The notes beneath the pieces were generated by a model. The model was given only the letters and a program-made list of their open reading frames with translations, was not told the origin of the DNA and made no database searches. Shown one piece after another: positions 52,895 through 63,913 of a stretch of DNA of 64,000 nt (position 1 is its first letter; every line of letters starts with the position of its first letter). Origin of the DNA: Chiloscyllium plagiosum (lineage: Eukaryota); NCBI RefSeq assembly GCF_004010195.1, contig NC_057718.1, positions 34,559,239-34,623,238 of the forward strand. Direction: 5' to 3'. The position numbers and the translations under genes are program-made.

Positions 52895-53302
52895 AGTTAT
52901 ATGGAGAAGTTGGACAAGCAAGGACATTTTTCTTTAGAGTGTAGGAGACTGAGGGGGGACCTTTTAGAGTTGTATTTGATTATTTGAGACATGGATAGGG
53001 AAAAGTCACTCAGTCTTTTTCCCAGGGTTGGGAATCGAGAACTAGAGGACATCAGTTTAAAGTTAAGGGAAAAGAATAAAAGGGAACCTGAGGGGTACCT
53101 TTCTTACACAGAGGGTGGTCCCCAATGGAATGAGCTGCCAGTTGAGGAGAGTGCATTAACAACATTTGAAAGATATTGGAACAAATACATGGATAGGAAA
53201 GAATTAGAAAGATATGGGCCAAATGCAGGGAAATGGGGTTAGCATTGTTGGACATTTTGAGCCAAAGGACCTGTCTCCATGCTGTAGAATTCTATGACTC
53301 TG
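52895..53302 (+). mobile_element. CR1 LINE 3' end
   Basis: LFSLECRRLRGDL-type sequence, WNELP and a TCTATGACTCT tail. Confidence 0.88.
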
Positions 53303-53519
53303 TGTCACAATTCTGATTTTTTTTATTTTCTATGTGTTGTCCCACCTGCCTTACCATTGCTCATGCCCCACACAGGAAAGGTAAAAGAGAAAGTTTGTTG
53401 AATTCTAGACTTTATCAGTATAATTAATGTTAGTGGGAAGAACCATTGATTAATTCATCACAATTTATTCACTCAGAATAAAGATGGCAAGGCAAGTGAG
53501 TCAGGCCTGCAGAATGTGG

Positions 53520-54500
53520 GATCTATTGGAGAGCAATGTGATCCAGAGCTGTGATGCCATAGATGATTGCACCACAAACAGCTTGAGTTCAGAGTTTCTG
53601 AGCTGAAAGCTGAATGACAGACACTATGTCACGACAGAGAGGGAACACATTACCTGGCCAGAAAGCAGTCAAATTTATTCCAGAAAGCAGTCAAATCCTT
53701 TTGGATAATTTGGAGGTGGCGGTGTTGAACTGGGGTGGACAAAGTTAAAAATTGCAGAACACCAGGTTATAGTCCAACAGGTTTATTTGGATAAGGCCTT
53801 CTGATCTTTCACAGGTCAGAGCAAGTGATGTTGTGATTGTGAGATAACCGGTAAAGGGACCCAGTGGGTAGGAGTGTAGAAGTTTCACCTTTGCAATTGT
53901 TCAACTAATTTCAGGTCCTTTCAGCTTGCTGGAAAACAGGGAGACCTAAAAGGACATATGGCAAAAAAGGATGAGAGAAACAATTGCTTGTTTCAAAGAC
54001 TGGCATGAGAGTAGGAGGTTCCACTTCATAGGGCACTGGCACCAGTATTGGAGAAAGTGGGGCCTATAGCATTAGGATGGTATACACTAGAACCATGCTG
54101 CCACCATCATAAATGGGGAATTAAACGGAAGTTCTAAATTAAATAAAATTGCCCCTCATTAAAATAGGGGGAAACATGTAGTAAATTAAAGTGTACAGAC
54201 AAGGCAAAAATGAAAGGTATTAATCTGGGAAATAATTAACAGACTATAACAGGAAGGGATAGAGAGCACAAATCTAAGGGAAAAATCAACAGATAAGGCT
54301 AGAGATTACAAAAATACTAAATGGACAAAACTCTGTTTCTGAATACACATAACATTTGAAACAAAGCAGATGAACTGATAGTACAAATAGGAATAAATCA
54401 GTTCCAATCTGATAGCCATTACAGAGACATGGCTGTAAAATGCAAAGATTGCGACATGAATATTGAATGGTATGTAACAGTTAAGAAAGACAAGAAGTGG
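53520..54500 (+). mobile_element. Old CR1 ORF1 to ORF2-start relic
   Basis: GHWHQYW..DGIH*NHA (ORF1 esterase end) and NKADEL..IAITETWL (endonuclease start). Confidence 0.65.
53710..53790 (-). mobile_element. Penelope terminal fragment (same family as 11998)
   Basis: GGACAAAGTTAAAAAT...ACACCAGGTTATAGTCCAACAGGTTTATTTGG, flanked by TTTGGATAA at 53700 and 53786. Confidence 0.75.
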
Positions 54501-55130
54501 TTTGGATTATGTATTTTAAATGCTGTGGTATTTTATGAAAGACTAATATTTTCTGATTGATAGATAGGAAGCTAATTAACCAATAGTCAACTGTTTTTTG
54601 TATTCTTCTCTTTTTGAGTAAGGGTATTATATAGGCAGTTTTTGAAATCACTAGGATTTTTCCAGAGTCTAAAAGTTACTTCCAGTGTATCTGTTATCTC
54701 CATAGCTACTTCCTTTAATTTCCCAGGATGCATCACATCAGGTCTTTAGCTCTGTTAGCTTTGCTAGCACTTTTTCTCCAGTGACAGTTACTGTCCTTTA
54801 GCCCATTGAATATTTCATAATTCTGGAATACTTCTAGTATCTTCTACTGTGAAGTATGATGCAAAGTATTTATTGAATCTTTCTGCCTACTTCCCCATTA
54901 TTAATTGCCAAGTCTCATTTTCTAAGCAGCCTATATTCACTTTGGCTTCTCTCTTCCATTTACATATTTAAAATCCGTCTTGATGTTAATTGCAAGTATA
55001 CCCTCAAATTTTTTTCTTCCTTCTTATTAGCTTTCTGGTTGTTGTTTGTTGGTTTTCAAAACTTTCTCAGTTCTCTTTGTTAACGTGAATCTTTGTCACA
55101 TGGTGTTTTTTCCAATTTAATGCTGTCCTT

Positions 55131-55237
55131 AATCAGTTCCAATGAAGGGTCATTGGACCCATAATGTTAACTGCTTTCTCTCTTTTCAGATGCTGCCAGA
55201 CCTGCTGAGTTTCCAGTATCCGCAGTGTTTTGCTTTT
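55131..55237 (+). mobile_element. Old Penelope-derived short element with decayed hammerhead
   Basis: CAGTT-CCAATGA-A-GGGTC-ATTG-GACCC-ATAA-TG-TT-AACTG at 55134-55173. Both stems are perfect but the core is mutated. Confidence 0.7.
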
Positions 55238-55449
55238 GCTAACCTTGCTCGTGGTTAATCATGGTTGGCTTATCTATGTCCGAGAAGTCTTCTTCCTCAC
55301 TGTAACATGCCTTTGCTGTAAGCCATTGACTATTTTTTTAAATGCCTGCTATTGTTCCTTACCCACTTTGCTGCTGAAAACCCTTTGCTGCCATCTCTTT
55401 TCTCATTGTTTTGTAACTAACCTTACTTAAGCTAGCACAGTTATTTCCA

Positions 55450-55568
55450 AGCCTCATTCCTGATGAAGAGCTTATACTTGAAACATCAATTCTCCTGCCT
55501 GACCTGCTGTGCTTTTCTAGCACCACACTCTCGACTCTGATCTCCAGCATCTGCAGTCCTCACTTTCT
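55450..55568 (+). mobile_element. Penelope-derived short element
   Basis: CATTC-CTGATGA-A-GAGCTTATACTT-GAAACATC. Perfect 14 bp TSD CACAGTTATTTCCA at 55436-55449 and 55569-55582. Confidence 0.92.
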
Positions 55569-56319
55569 CACAGTTATTTCCAGCCCAAGTTCTTCTCTCT
55601 CAAACTCAGTGCTACATTCTATCATGTTGTGGTCACTATTTCCAAAATCTTTTACTCTGATGTCATTTATTAAGCCTGCCTCATTGCCTGGTTAGATCCA
55701 CAACTTGTTATTTGAGGAAACAGTCCCAAATACACTCCATGAATTCTTCCTCATAGCTACGTCTGTCCATCTGACTATCCCAATCTATATGAAGTTTGAA
55801 GTCACCCATGATTAATGTCCTACCTTTGTCATGTGTCCTCATTAACCCCTAATTTATTTTCTGTCCCACTATAAAGCTAATGTCAGGGGGCTGATTGGTT
55901 ACTCCTGCTATTGCCTTGTTCTTTTTATTTCTTACCTCCACCAATATGGACTCTTTGTCTTTCAATGCAAGATCATTTCTTGCTATCGACCTTATTCCAT
56001 CCCATACCAACAATGTTATGCCCAACGAAAGTCTATATGGGTGGGTGTTTGTGATGCTAGGGTGTCCATGGTAACATCAATTGCGGCACTTATTTAACAA
56101 TTATATTGATTGCGGCATTCATTTAAGAACTGCTGAAAGATATTTTATTGAGAATATAAATGAAAGTGTACACCCAATATAAACAAAAAACAATTGATTC
56201 TCATTGTTGTGTTTATCTTTATGCTATAAAATAGGCACAATGTCCAATTTCCATGTCAACCAAAGAGTTTAACAAATGGTCTGCCGTGCAATAAAACTGT
56301 AGTTGTTCTGATAACGTCT

Positions 56320-57030
56320 TTAACTTTCACTTATCTGCTTGTCCCCATAACCCTCATGGATCAAACATTTTTTGTAACTTAGTCTTGAATATATTCAATG
56401 ACCCAGCGCTCACTGTTGTTTGGAATAGGGAATTCCAAAGATTAACGATCCTGTGAGAAATATTACCTCCTCATCTCCATTTTAATTGGGAGCTCCCTGA
56501 TTTTCAAACTGTCAGCCCTCCCCACCCTCCATGAGGGTAAATATTCTGCACCTATTCTATGTTGCCCCATCAGAATCTTGTATGCTTCAATATGAAGACC
56601 ACCTATTCTTATGAACTCCAATGAGTATAGGACCAATCTGTTCAATCTTTCTTCATAAGAGAGTCCCTTCATTCCAGGAATTAGTCGAGTGAAAACTTCC
56701 CCAAACTGGCTCCAATGGGTGTGTATCTCTCTGTTTGTAAGAAGCCGAATATTGTACTCTAGGTGTCGTTTCGTCAATGCCCGAAACAGTTGTAGCAAAA
56801 CATCTTTATTTGTATTAAGTTTCACTTACAAAGGCTGACATTCCAATTACCTTCCCCTAATTACTTGTACAGAATGTTAACTTTTTGTGATATATATATG
56901 CGATCCCTGCAGCTTTCGTACTTCAATTTAACTTCATTTCAATATTATTCTATTTTCCTGTTCTTCCCTCCAAAGCAAGCAACATCACCATTTCTCACAT
57001 TAGCTGTCAAATATTAGTCCACTCACTTAA
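56320..57030 (-). mobile_element. CR1 LINE 3' part
   Basis: TRLIPGMKGLSYEERLNRLVLYSLE. Confidence 0.88.
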
Positions 57031-57542
57031 CGTATTGTCAAGACTGTGTAATCATAATGTTGCATCCTTTGCAAGAAAGCTAATTTCTCTTTAAGTGGGC
57101 ACAAAGGAGTCACTGAACTATCAATTGTTGATTCACTTCAGCAAGAAAGGCAAAAAGGTTGCGGTATTATCAACCCAAAGGGAGTCATTTAAAATTTGAT
57201 TAACCCTTGGACACACAATGGGTCTGCCTAAAGGTGTGAGAACTCAAAGCTTCTGAGAAGGACATAAGATTTAATGGATCGCTACAAGGAATTTCAGCAT
57301 AACAGGCTTTGCTTTGTGGAACAATGACTCATCAAAATTTAAGATTGCAGCCATCTTTATTTTTGACTTGCATGTGACAGGCTTCGTATCCATTTAAAAC
57401 AGAACACCAAGAAGTGATGATCGACATAATTAGAGAGAGGAAGAAAAAGCATCCCAGCTAATGACAGCTGTACTAGGCTACCAAGGGTAACAACTTGCAG
57501 TGCCACAAAAGCAAAATAAATGAGGTTTCCCTCCTCAAACCT

Positions 57543-57690
57543 TTTGTGCTCAGTCAAATTATAGGCGAAACATTCAACTATGGAAGCCGTCACAGCTGCT
57601 GAACTGGGACTTTGTGTTTGTGCTCAGTCTAATTATAGGCGAAACATTCAACTATGGAAGCCGTCACAGCTGCTGAACTGGGACTTTGTG
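57543..57690. repeat. 74 bp tandem duplication (2 copies, 1 mismatch)
   Basis: Units at 57543-57616 and 57617-57690. Confidence 0.95.
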
Positions 57691-58039
57691 TTTTCAACCC
57701 TCTTCTCATCTTCCAGCAAGTTAACAGGTCTACAATAATGCAGATTGATCTTATTCTCAGCTTTATAAATATCTATTATCCTTTATAACTGTATGTTAGT
57801 TAATAACTACCATTTTTACTTAGCAAATTCCAGCAGTAGTCTTAATAAACTAAACTCTTTAGGATTAAAGCTTTGCTTCTCATTCTTTTTAATTTGGAAC
57901 ACTCAAAAATCTGAAAGGGAAATGAATGAGCTTGATAAATTTGCAGTTCATGAACCAGACTGTGGACACCTGGTGTATGTGACTTCATCTACATTCCTTT
58001 ACAGACTTTTTGTGTCCTTCTGGGTGGGGTAGGTGGGAC

Positions 58040-60432
58040 GTGTACAAACAGGCTGGTCTTCACCAGAACCAAAGGGGTACCAACATCCAGAGGTGGTGGG
58101 GGGCGGGGGGGGGGGGGGGGTTGTTATTTGCTAGTGCTCTCCAGGAGGGTTTAAACTAGTTCAGCAAGGGGATGGGAACCTAAATTGTAGTTCCATTATA
58201 CAGGAGGTTTAGAGTGGTGAGGTCAGAAATAAGGTTTCAAGGTCGCAACAGGGCACCAGCAAGCAAGAGGTTGGTTTGAAGTGTGTCTACTGAAACACTA
58301 GGAGCATCCGGAATAAGGTGGGTGAACTTGCAGCATGGGTTGGTACCTGGGATTTTGATGTTGTGGCCATTTCGGAGACATAGTTAGAGCAGGGACAGGA
58401 ATGGTTGCTGCAGGTACCAGGATTTAGATGTTTCAGTAAAAACGGAGAAAATGGTCAAAGGGGGTGGGAGGGTGGCACTGTTAATCAAGGACAGTATTAT
58501 GGTGGCAGAAAGGACATTTGAGGACTCGTCTACTGAGGTAGTATGGGCTGAGGTTAGAATCAGAAAAGGAGAGGTCACCCTGTTGGAGCTTTCTATAGGC
58601 CTCCGAATAGTTCCAGAGATGTAGAGGAAAGGATAGCAAAGACGATTCTTGATAGGAGTGAGAGTGGCAAGGTAGTTGTTATGGGGGTTTTAACTTTCCA
58701 AATATTGACTGGGAACATTATAGTTTAAGTACTTTAGATAGGTCAGTTTTTGTCCAGTGGTGGATGGTTTTTTTTGGCACAGTATATAGACAAGCCAACA
58801 AGGGGTGAGGCCTCAATGGATTTGGTACTGGATAATGAACCTAGCCAGGTGTTAGATTTGGAGGTAAGTGAGCACTTTGGTGATAGTGACCACAATTCGG
58901 TGATGTTTACTTTAGCGATGGAAAGGGATAGGTATATACTGTAAGGCAAGAGTTATTGCGGGGGGAAAGACAATTATGATGCAATTAGGCAAGATTTAGG
59001 ATGCATAAGATGGGGAAGGAAACTGCAACGGATGGGCACAATTGAAATGTGGAGCTTATTCAAGGAACAGCTACTGCGGGTCCTTGGTAAGTATGTACCG
59101 GTCAGGCAGGGGGAAGTCATCAAGCGAGGGAGCTGTGGTTTACTAAAGAAGTTGAAGCTCATGTCAAGAGGAAGAAGAAGGCTTATGTTAGGATGAGACG
59201 TGAAGTTTCAGTTAGGGCGCTTGAGAGTTATTTCTTATCTAGGAAAGACGTAAAGAGAGAGCTAAGAAGAGCCAGGAGGGGCCAGGAGAAGTCATTGGCA
59301 GATAAGATGTAGGTATATCAGGAATAAAAGAATAACTAGACAATTCAAGGATAATAATGGGAAATTGTGCATGGAATCAGGAAATAGAGGAAGTACTACA
59401 TGATAATTTTTTATCAGTATCCACACTGGAAAAAGACAATGTTGTTAAGGAGAATACTGAGATACAGGTTATGAGATGAGATGGGATTGAAGTTCACAAA
59501 AAGGAGGTGTTCGCAATTCTGGGAAGTATGAAAATAGATAAGTCCCCTGATCCAGATGGGATTTATCCTCGGATTCTCTGGGATCCCCAGGAGGAGATTG
59601 CAGAGCCTTTGGCTTTGATCTTTGTTATAATTGTCTATAGGAATAGTGCCAGAGGACTGGAGAATAGAAAATGTTGTCCCCTTGTTCAAGAAGGGGAGTA
59701 GGGACAACCCTGGTAATTATAGACCACTGGGCCTTACCCCGGTTGTGGGTAAAATGTTGGAGAAGATAATAAGAAACAGGATTTATAATCATCTAGAAAG
59801 GAATAAATTGATTAGGGATAGTCAACACAATTTTCTGAAGGGTACGTTGTGCCTCACAAAGGGAGAAAGTGAATACTGCGGATGCTGCAGATCAGAGTTG
59901 AGAGTGTGGTGCTAGAAAAGCACAGCAGGTCAGGCAGCATCTGAGGAACAGGAGAATCCATGTTTTGGGAAAAAGTCCAACATCAGGAATAAGGTAATTC
60001 CTGATGATTCCATTCTCCTGATCCTCGGATACTGACTGACCTGCCATGCTTTTCCAGCACCACACTCTTGACTTGTGCCTCACAAACCTTATTGAGTTGA
60101 GAAGGTGACCAAACAGGTGGATGAGGATAAAGCAGTTGATGTTGGTGATGGCTAGCACAAGGGGACATAGCTTTAAATTGAGGGGTGATAGATATAGGAC
60201 AGATGTCAGAGGTGGTTTCTTTACTCAGAGAGTAGTAGGGGGTGTAGAACACACTGCCTGCAGCAGTAGTAGACTCACCAGCTTTAGGGGAATTTAAATG
60301 GTCATTGAATAAACATATGGATGAAAATGGAATAGTTAGGATAGAAAGGTTTCTGATTGGTTTCACAGGTCAGCGCAATATTGCGGGACGAAGGTCCAGT
60401 ACTGCGCTGTAATGTTCTGTGTTCTATGTTCT
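58040..60432 (+). mobile_element. CR1 LINE: ORF1 end, endonuclease, RT start, internal deletion, 3' end
   Basis: NTRSIRNKVGEL, VAISET, GDSDHN, KSPDPDGIYPRIL, PEDWR and NPGNYRP, then a jump at about 60143 to STRGHSFKL, with a GTTCTATGTTCT tail. Confidence 0.95.
59861..60072. mobile_element. Penelope-derived fold-back element inserted in CR1 RT
   Basis: Inverted arms around CATCAGGAAT-AAGGTA-ATTCCTGATG. Perfect 14 bp TSD TTGTGCCTCACAAA at 59847-59860 and 60073-60086. Confidence 0.92.
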
Positions 60433-60549
60433 AACAGCCTGCTTTCTTGATGTTCCTCATAGTTCAAGCCCAAGCTACAAGTGATTTCAAAGAAACTTTT
60501 AAAAGTTAAACCTACATTAAGGAAGGATGCATGCTGCTTCCCCGACCCT

Positions 60550-60805
60550 CATGGTTGCTTTCACATAACACCAGGGACAAGAAAGCTTCGAGGTAGATGA
60601 GGAGCTTAGTAGCTGTAGTGAATGGATAGACAGAATTTTCGATCTACCTTTGGTCATTCTTGCAATCCATTGGAGATTGCAAATGGGTCAATGTGAGGTG
60701 TAGGGTCAGCTCCACCAAAGAACATCCTCAGCTAGTCTGGGGATTGAACTCCTGCCATTGGTACCATTCTGCACTACCTTCATTGCCAACTGAGCTAACT
60801 GGCCC
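60550..60805 (-). mobile_element. tRNA-derived SINE relic
   Basis: Minus-strand head GGGCCAGTTAGCTCAGTTGG (A box) ... GAGTTCAATCCC (B box). Confidence 0.6.
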
Positions 60806-61899
60806 TTTGCTTCTTCCCTGTCTATCTTGGCATCATACTCAAGGTGGGCTGAGAGGACTCATGGCCTATATATTTTTACTCAGAGAGTGATGACAATATG
60901 GAAACCATGACCAATAAAGAGACTGAGGCAAACTGGATAGCTATGTTAAAGGGACAGAGGAGAAACAATCAAAATAATGCACATACCCTTAAAGTATAGG
61001 ACAGTTCGGCATACTGAGCTGATGGATTTTCAAGGTACAAAAGAGTACCAGCAATAATGTTGATCTAAGCAGGCAAGGTGACCAAATAATTGATCAGGAA
61101 TGGACTTTTGATTCAGTGAGGATAATTTTAACAGAACTCAGTGCAGATTGATAGGAGACTTGGTGTGAACCAATATATTATATCCAATTCTGTGGTTTTC
61201 TGGGCCTGCTGGTTAGGTTTAAAGGACAGGTAGGCCAAAGCAGAGAGGGAGTGACTTTCAAAGAATGATGGGACATTGGAAAGGAGGACCAATGTCTACA
61301 GACGACTTCTGACCATTACCTAATCTCTCATTCCAAAGCCCAGTAGTAAGGGCAGTTCATCGACTCAACTAGGAAATTGAGAATAATAGCTGATAACAGT
61401 CAGTTATCATGCTGTAATTGCATTAAGGAATTTGGATTGGAATTGCAGGCTTGTGATTTAATTGATCTCATGAATATCATACGTTAGGAGATTGCTCTTT
61501 AAAATCCACCACAACTAAATTGCAGTCTTTATCTCACAGCCTAGATTGTACATGATACGTTTTTATTTCCTTGGTTTGATGGTGAAGTGCCAAAGTAGGT
61601 CAAAACGGGAACAACACTCCAAGAACTTGCAATGAAGATAGGTGATATCATATAGGGGATAATGGGGTAAGAGAATATATATTTTAAAGTGATTTGTTAT
61701 GTTTTTGAATCATCAAATAGATTAGAAAATATCCAGCCATTTTACAATTTTACAACATCAACAACCACAAAAATTAACATTTGTGAACCAAGCATTCATG
61801 CCAAACACGCCATGCACTCCTGTGGTGATGACAATATTTTTATTTTTCTTCCATTGCTAAAATCGCCTTCCAGGAATCCTGATGTGCCAAGATAACTAT

Positions 61900-62140
61900 T
61901 TTGCAATTCGCCTGCGGTGCAAATAAACTCTAGGGAATTAAATTCCTTGGAAACCATTTCAACCCTTCTGAGATACCTGTGCTTCTCCAATTCTGGTCTC
62001 TTGTGCATTTCCAATTGTAATCATTCTCCCACCAGCAATGATGCATTCAGCCTTCTTAGGCCAAGGCTCTTGAACTCCCACACAAAATCTTTCTCACCTT
62101 CTACATCAGTCTCCCCCCTCTTGGAGTATCATGCCCTAGG
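61900..62140 (+). mobile_element. L2 LINE 3' relic
   Basis: CTCCAATTCTGGTCTCTTGTGCAT...GCATTCAGCCTTCTTAGGCCAAGGCTCTTGAACTCCC resembles the reverse complement of 34900-35040. Confidence 0.55.
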
Positions 62141-63229
62141 TGACCTAGTTTATGTACAACTGGCAATCATTTCATTGAATGGGCAACAGTGAATCACTGG
62201 GATTGAATACCAAATGTGAAATGGTATGGAATTGTGCTCCCTACACATATTCCCAAATTCCTCTCCTCAAATTATACAATGCTGAGATTATGCTAATTAA
62301 TTTAATATCCAATAAACTGTTCAGAATTTAAATTCAAAATGGAGGAGGTGTAATGATTCATTGCCCAATGTCTATCATCAACCAACATGATTAGTAGACT
62401 ATTGATCATTTATTTCATTGTTTTTTAATGGACCTTGTGAATAAATTGGCTGGTGGATTGCATACATTATCACAGAAGACAAAAGTAAATTTTTCTGTGT
62501 AGCACTTTGGTTGTGAAAGCCATCGCTTTCCTTTGTTAATAAATATAACACAAATAATCGATGCAGATTTTCCGATGGCCAAACAGTTGCTTGTGAGGGG
62601 TAGATGGGAGTTGTGTATAGGCAAAATCTAAGATATTGCAGATGCAAGGGGAATTTCCTGGGACATTTGAAGTCCTGCTGGGAAGCTCCCAAACTTTTCC
62701 ATTGAAATGAGAGAATTCCATTGCAGTGAATTTAAAAAAATTATTCAGGAAAAGATAGACAATTAAATACCTATTTTAATTTCTGAATATAATAGGTTCC
62801 AACTAACCAGCCCCCTCAATTGCACTTCTCTTTACAAGCCCTGCCCCCATCTCTATGGCCAGGGCCTGACACAGCCCCATAACCCACAGGACCAGTTAGT
62901 CCTTGCCTTGATGCCTGATTTGACAACTCTTGCCCCATGTCCAGAACTGACGCAGCCTCTTCCTGCAGGACCCAAAACCTTGTTCCCTGCTGATGGACTT
63001 AACACTTGTTTGCCGTCAACACACATGACATACCCCCTGCCTCGCAGGACTGACTCCTCCTCCCATCAGACCTGATACCCTCTACCCCCACTGAATCAAT
63101 ATCTCCCATCCATCAGATCTATCTTAAACACTCCATCACTTAGTTGGCACCATTTCACCCTTAAGCCCTGGTACCCTACCTTCCTGGCATCTCACCACTA
63201 CACACTTGGCACACTTTTTCTATCTGGTA

Positions 63230-63366
63230 AAAACAATGACTGCAGATGCTAGAAACCAGATTCTGGATCAGTGGTGCTGGAAGAGCACAGCAATTCAGGC
63301 AGCATCCGAAGACAGGCCGGATGCTGCCTGAATTGCTGTGCTCTTCCAGCACCACTGATCCAGACT
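63230..63366. mobile_element. Penelope-derived fold-back element without hammerhead
   Basis: Perfect 47 bp arms (63262-63308 / 63318-63364) and a 32 nt tail. TSD CTTTTTCTATCTGGTA, with a 4 nt slippage in the right copy. Confidence 0.9.
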
Positions 63367-63450
63367 CTTTTTCTATCTATCTGGTATCCTGGGAGCCTGG
63401 CACCTGACCCTCCTGACACATTGTACACACACTTACTCGATGTAGTTTTA

Positions 63451-63640
63451 AAATTTAGCATGGCCAATTCACCTGACCTGCACATCTTTGGACTATGGGA
63501 GGAAACCGGAGCACCCGGAGGAAACCCACGCAGACACGGGGAGAATGTGCAAACTCCACACAGTCAGTCGCCTGAGTCGGGAATTGAACCCGGGTCTCTG
63601 GCGCTGTGAGGCAGCAGTGCTAACCACTGTGCCACCGTGC
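63451..63640 (-). mobile_element. HE1-like SINE 5' part (young)
   Basis: Near-identical to the reverse complement of 15146-15335. Confidence 0.93.
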
Positions 63641-63697
63641 CATCCAAAATGATTTGGATGTGAGCATAAGAGGTATATTTAGTAAGTTTGCAGATGA

Positions 63698-63913
63698 GGA
63701 GAAAGTGAGGTCTGCAGATGCTGGAGATCAAAGTTGAAACTTTATTGCTGGAACAGCACAGCAGGTCAGGCAGCATCCAGGGAACAGGAGATTCGACGTT
63801 TCGGGCACAGGCCCTTCTTCAGGAATGAAGAAGGGCCTGTGCCCGAAACGTCGAATCTCCTGTTCCCTGGATGCTGCCTGACCTGCTGTGCTGTTCCAGC
63901 AATAAAGTTTCAA
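63698..63913. mobile_element. Young Penelope-derived fold-back element
   Basis: Perfect 88 bp arms (63734-63821 / 63826-63913), a GGAA loop and a 36 nt tail. 14 bp TSD AAGTTTGCAGATGA at 63684-63697 and 63912-63925. Confidence 0.96.
63791..63826 (-). ncRNA. Intact minimal type I hammerhead ribozyme motif
   Basis: AUUC-CUGAAGA-A-GGGC-CUGU-GCCC-GAAA-CG-UC-GAAU. Stem I and stem II are each 4 bp, stem III is the palindromic ACGU, and the cleavage triplet is GUC. Confidence 0.85.

Larger units (their letters stand above)
54640..56010 (-). mobile_element. Old CR1 ORF2 endonuclease/linker region
   Basis: Minus strand IMGDFKLHIDW (about 55780-55812) and NSDHNMIE (about 55615-55642). Confidence 0.75.

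Noticed and set aside
57543..57690. CRISPR-like array
   Set aside because: Only two adjacent units with no spacers, in a vertebrate context.
58093..58120. G-run or G-quadruplex (also 6110-6135)
   Set aside because: Homopolymer expansions within or next to retroelement sequence, error-prone and with no sign of function.
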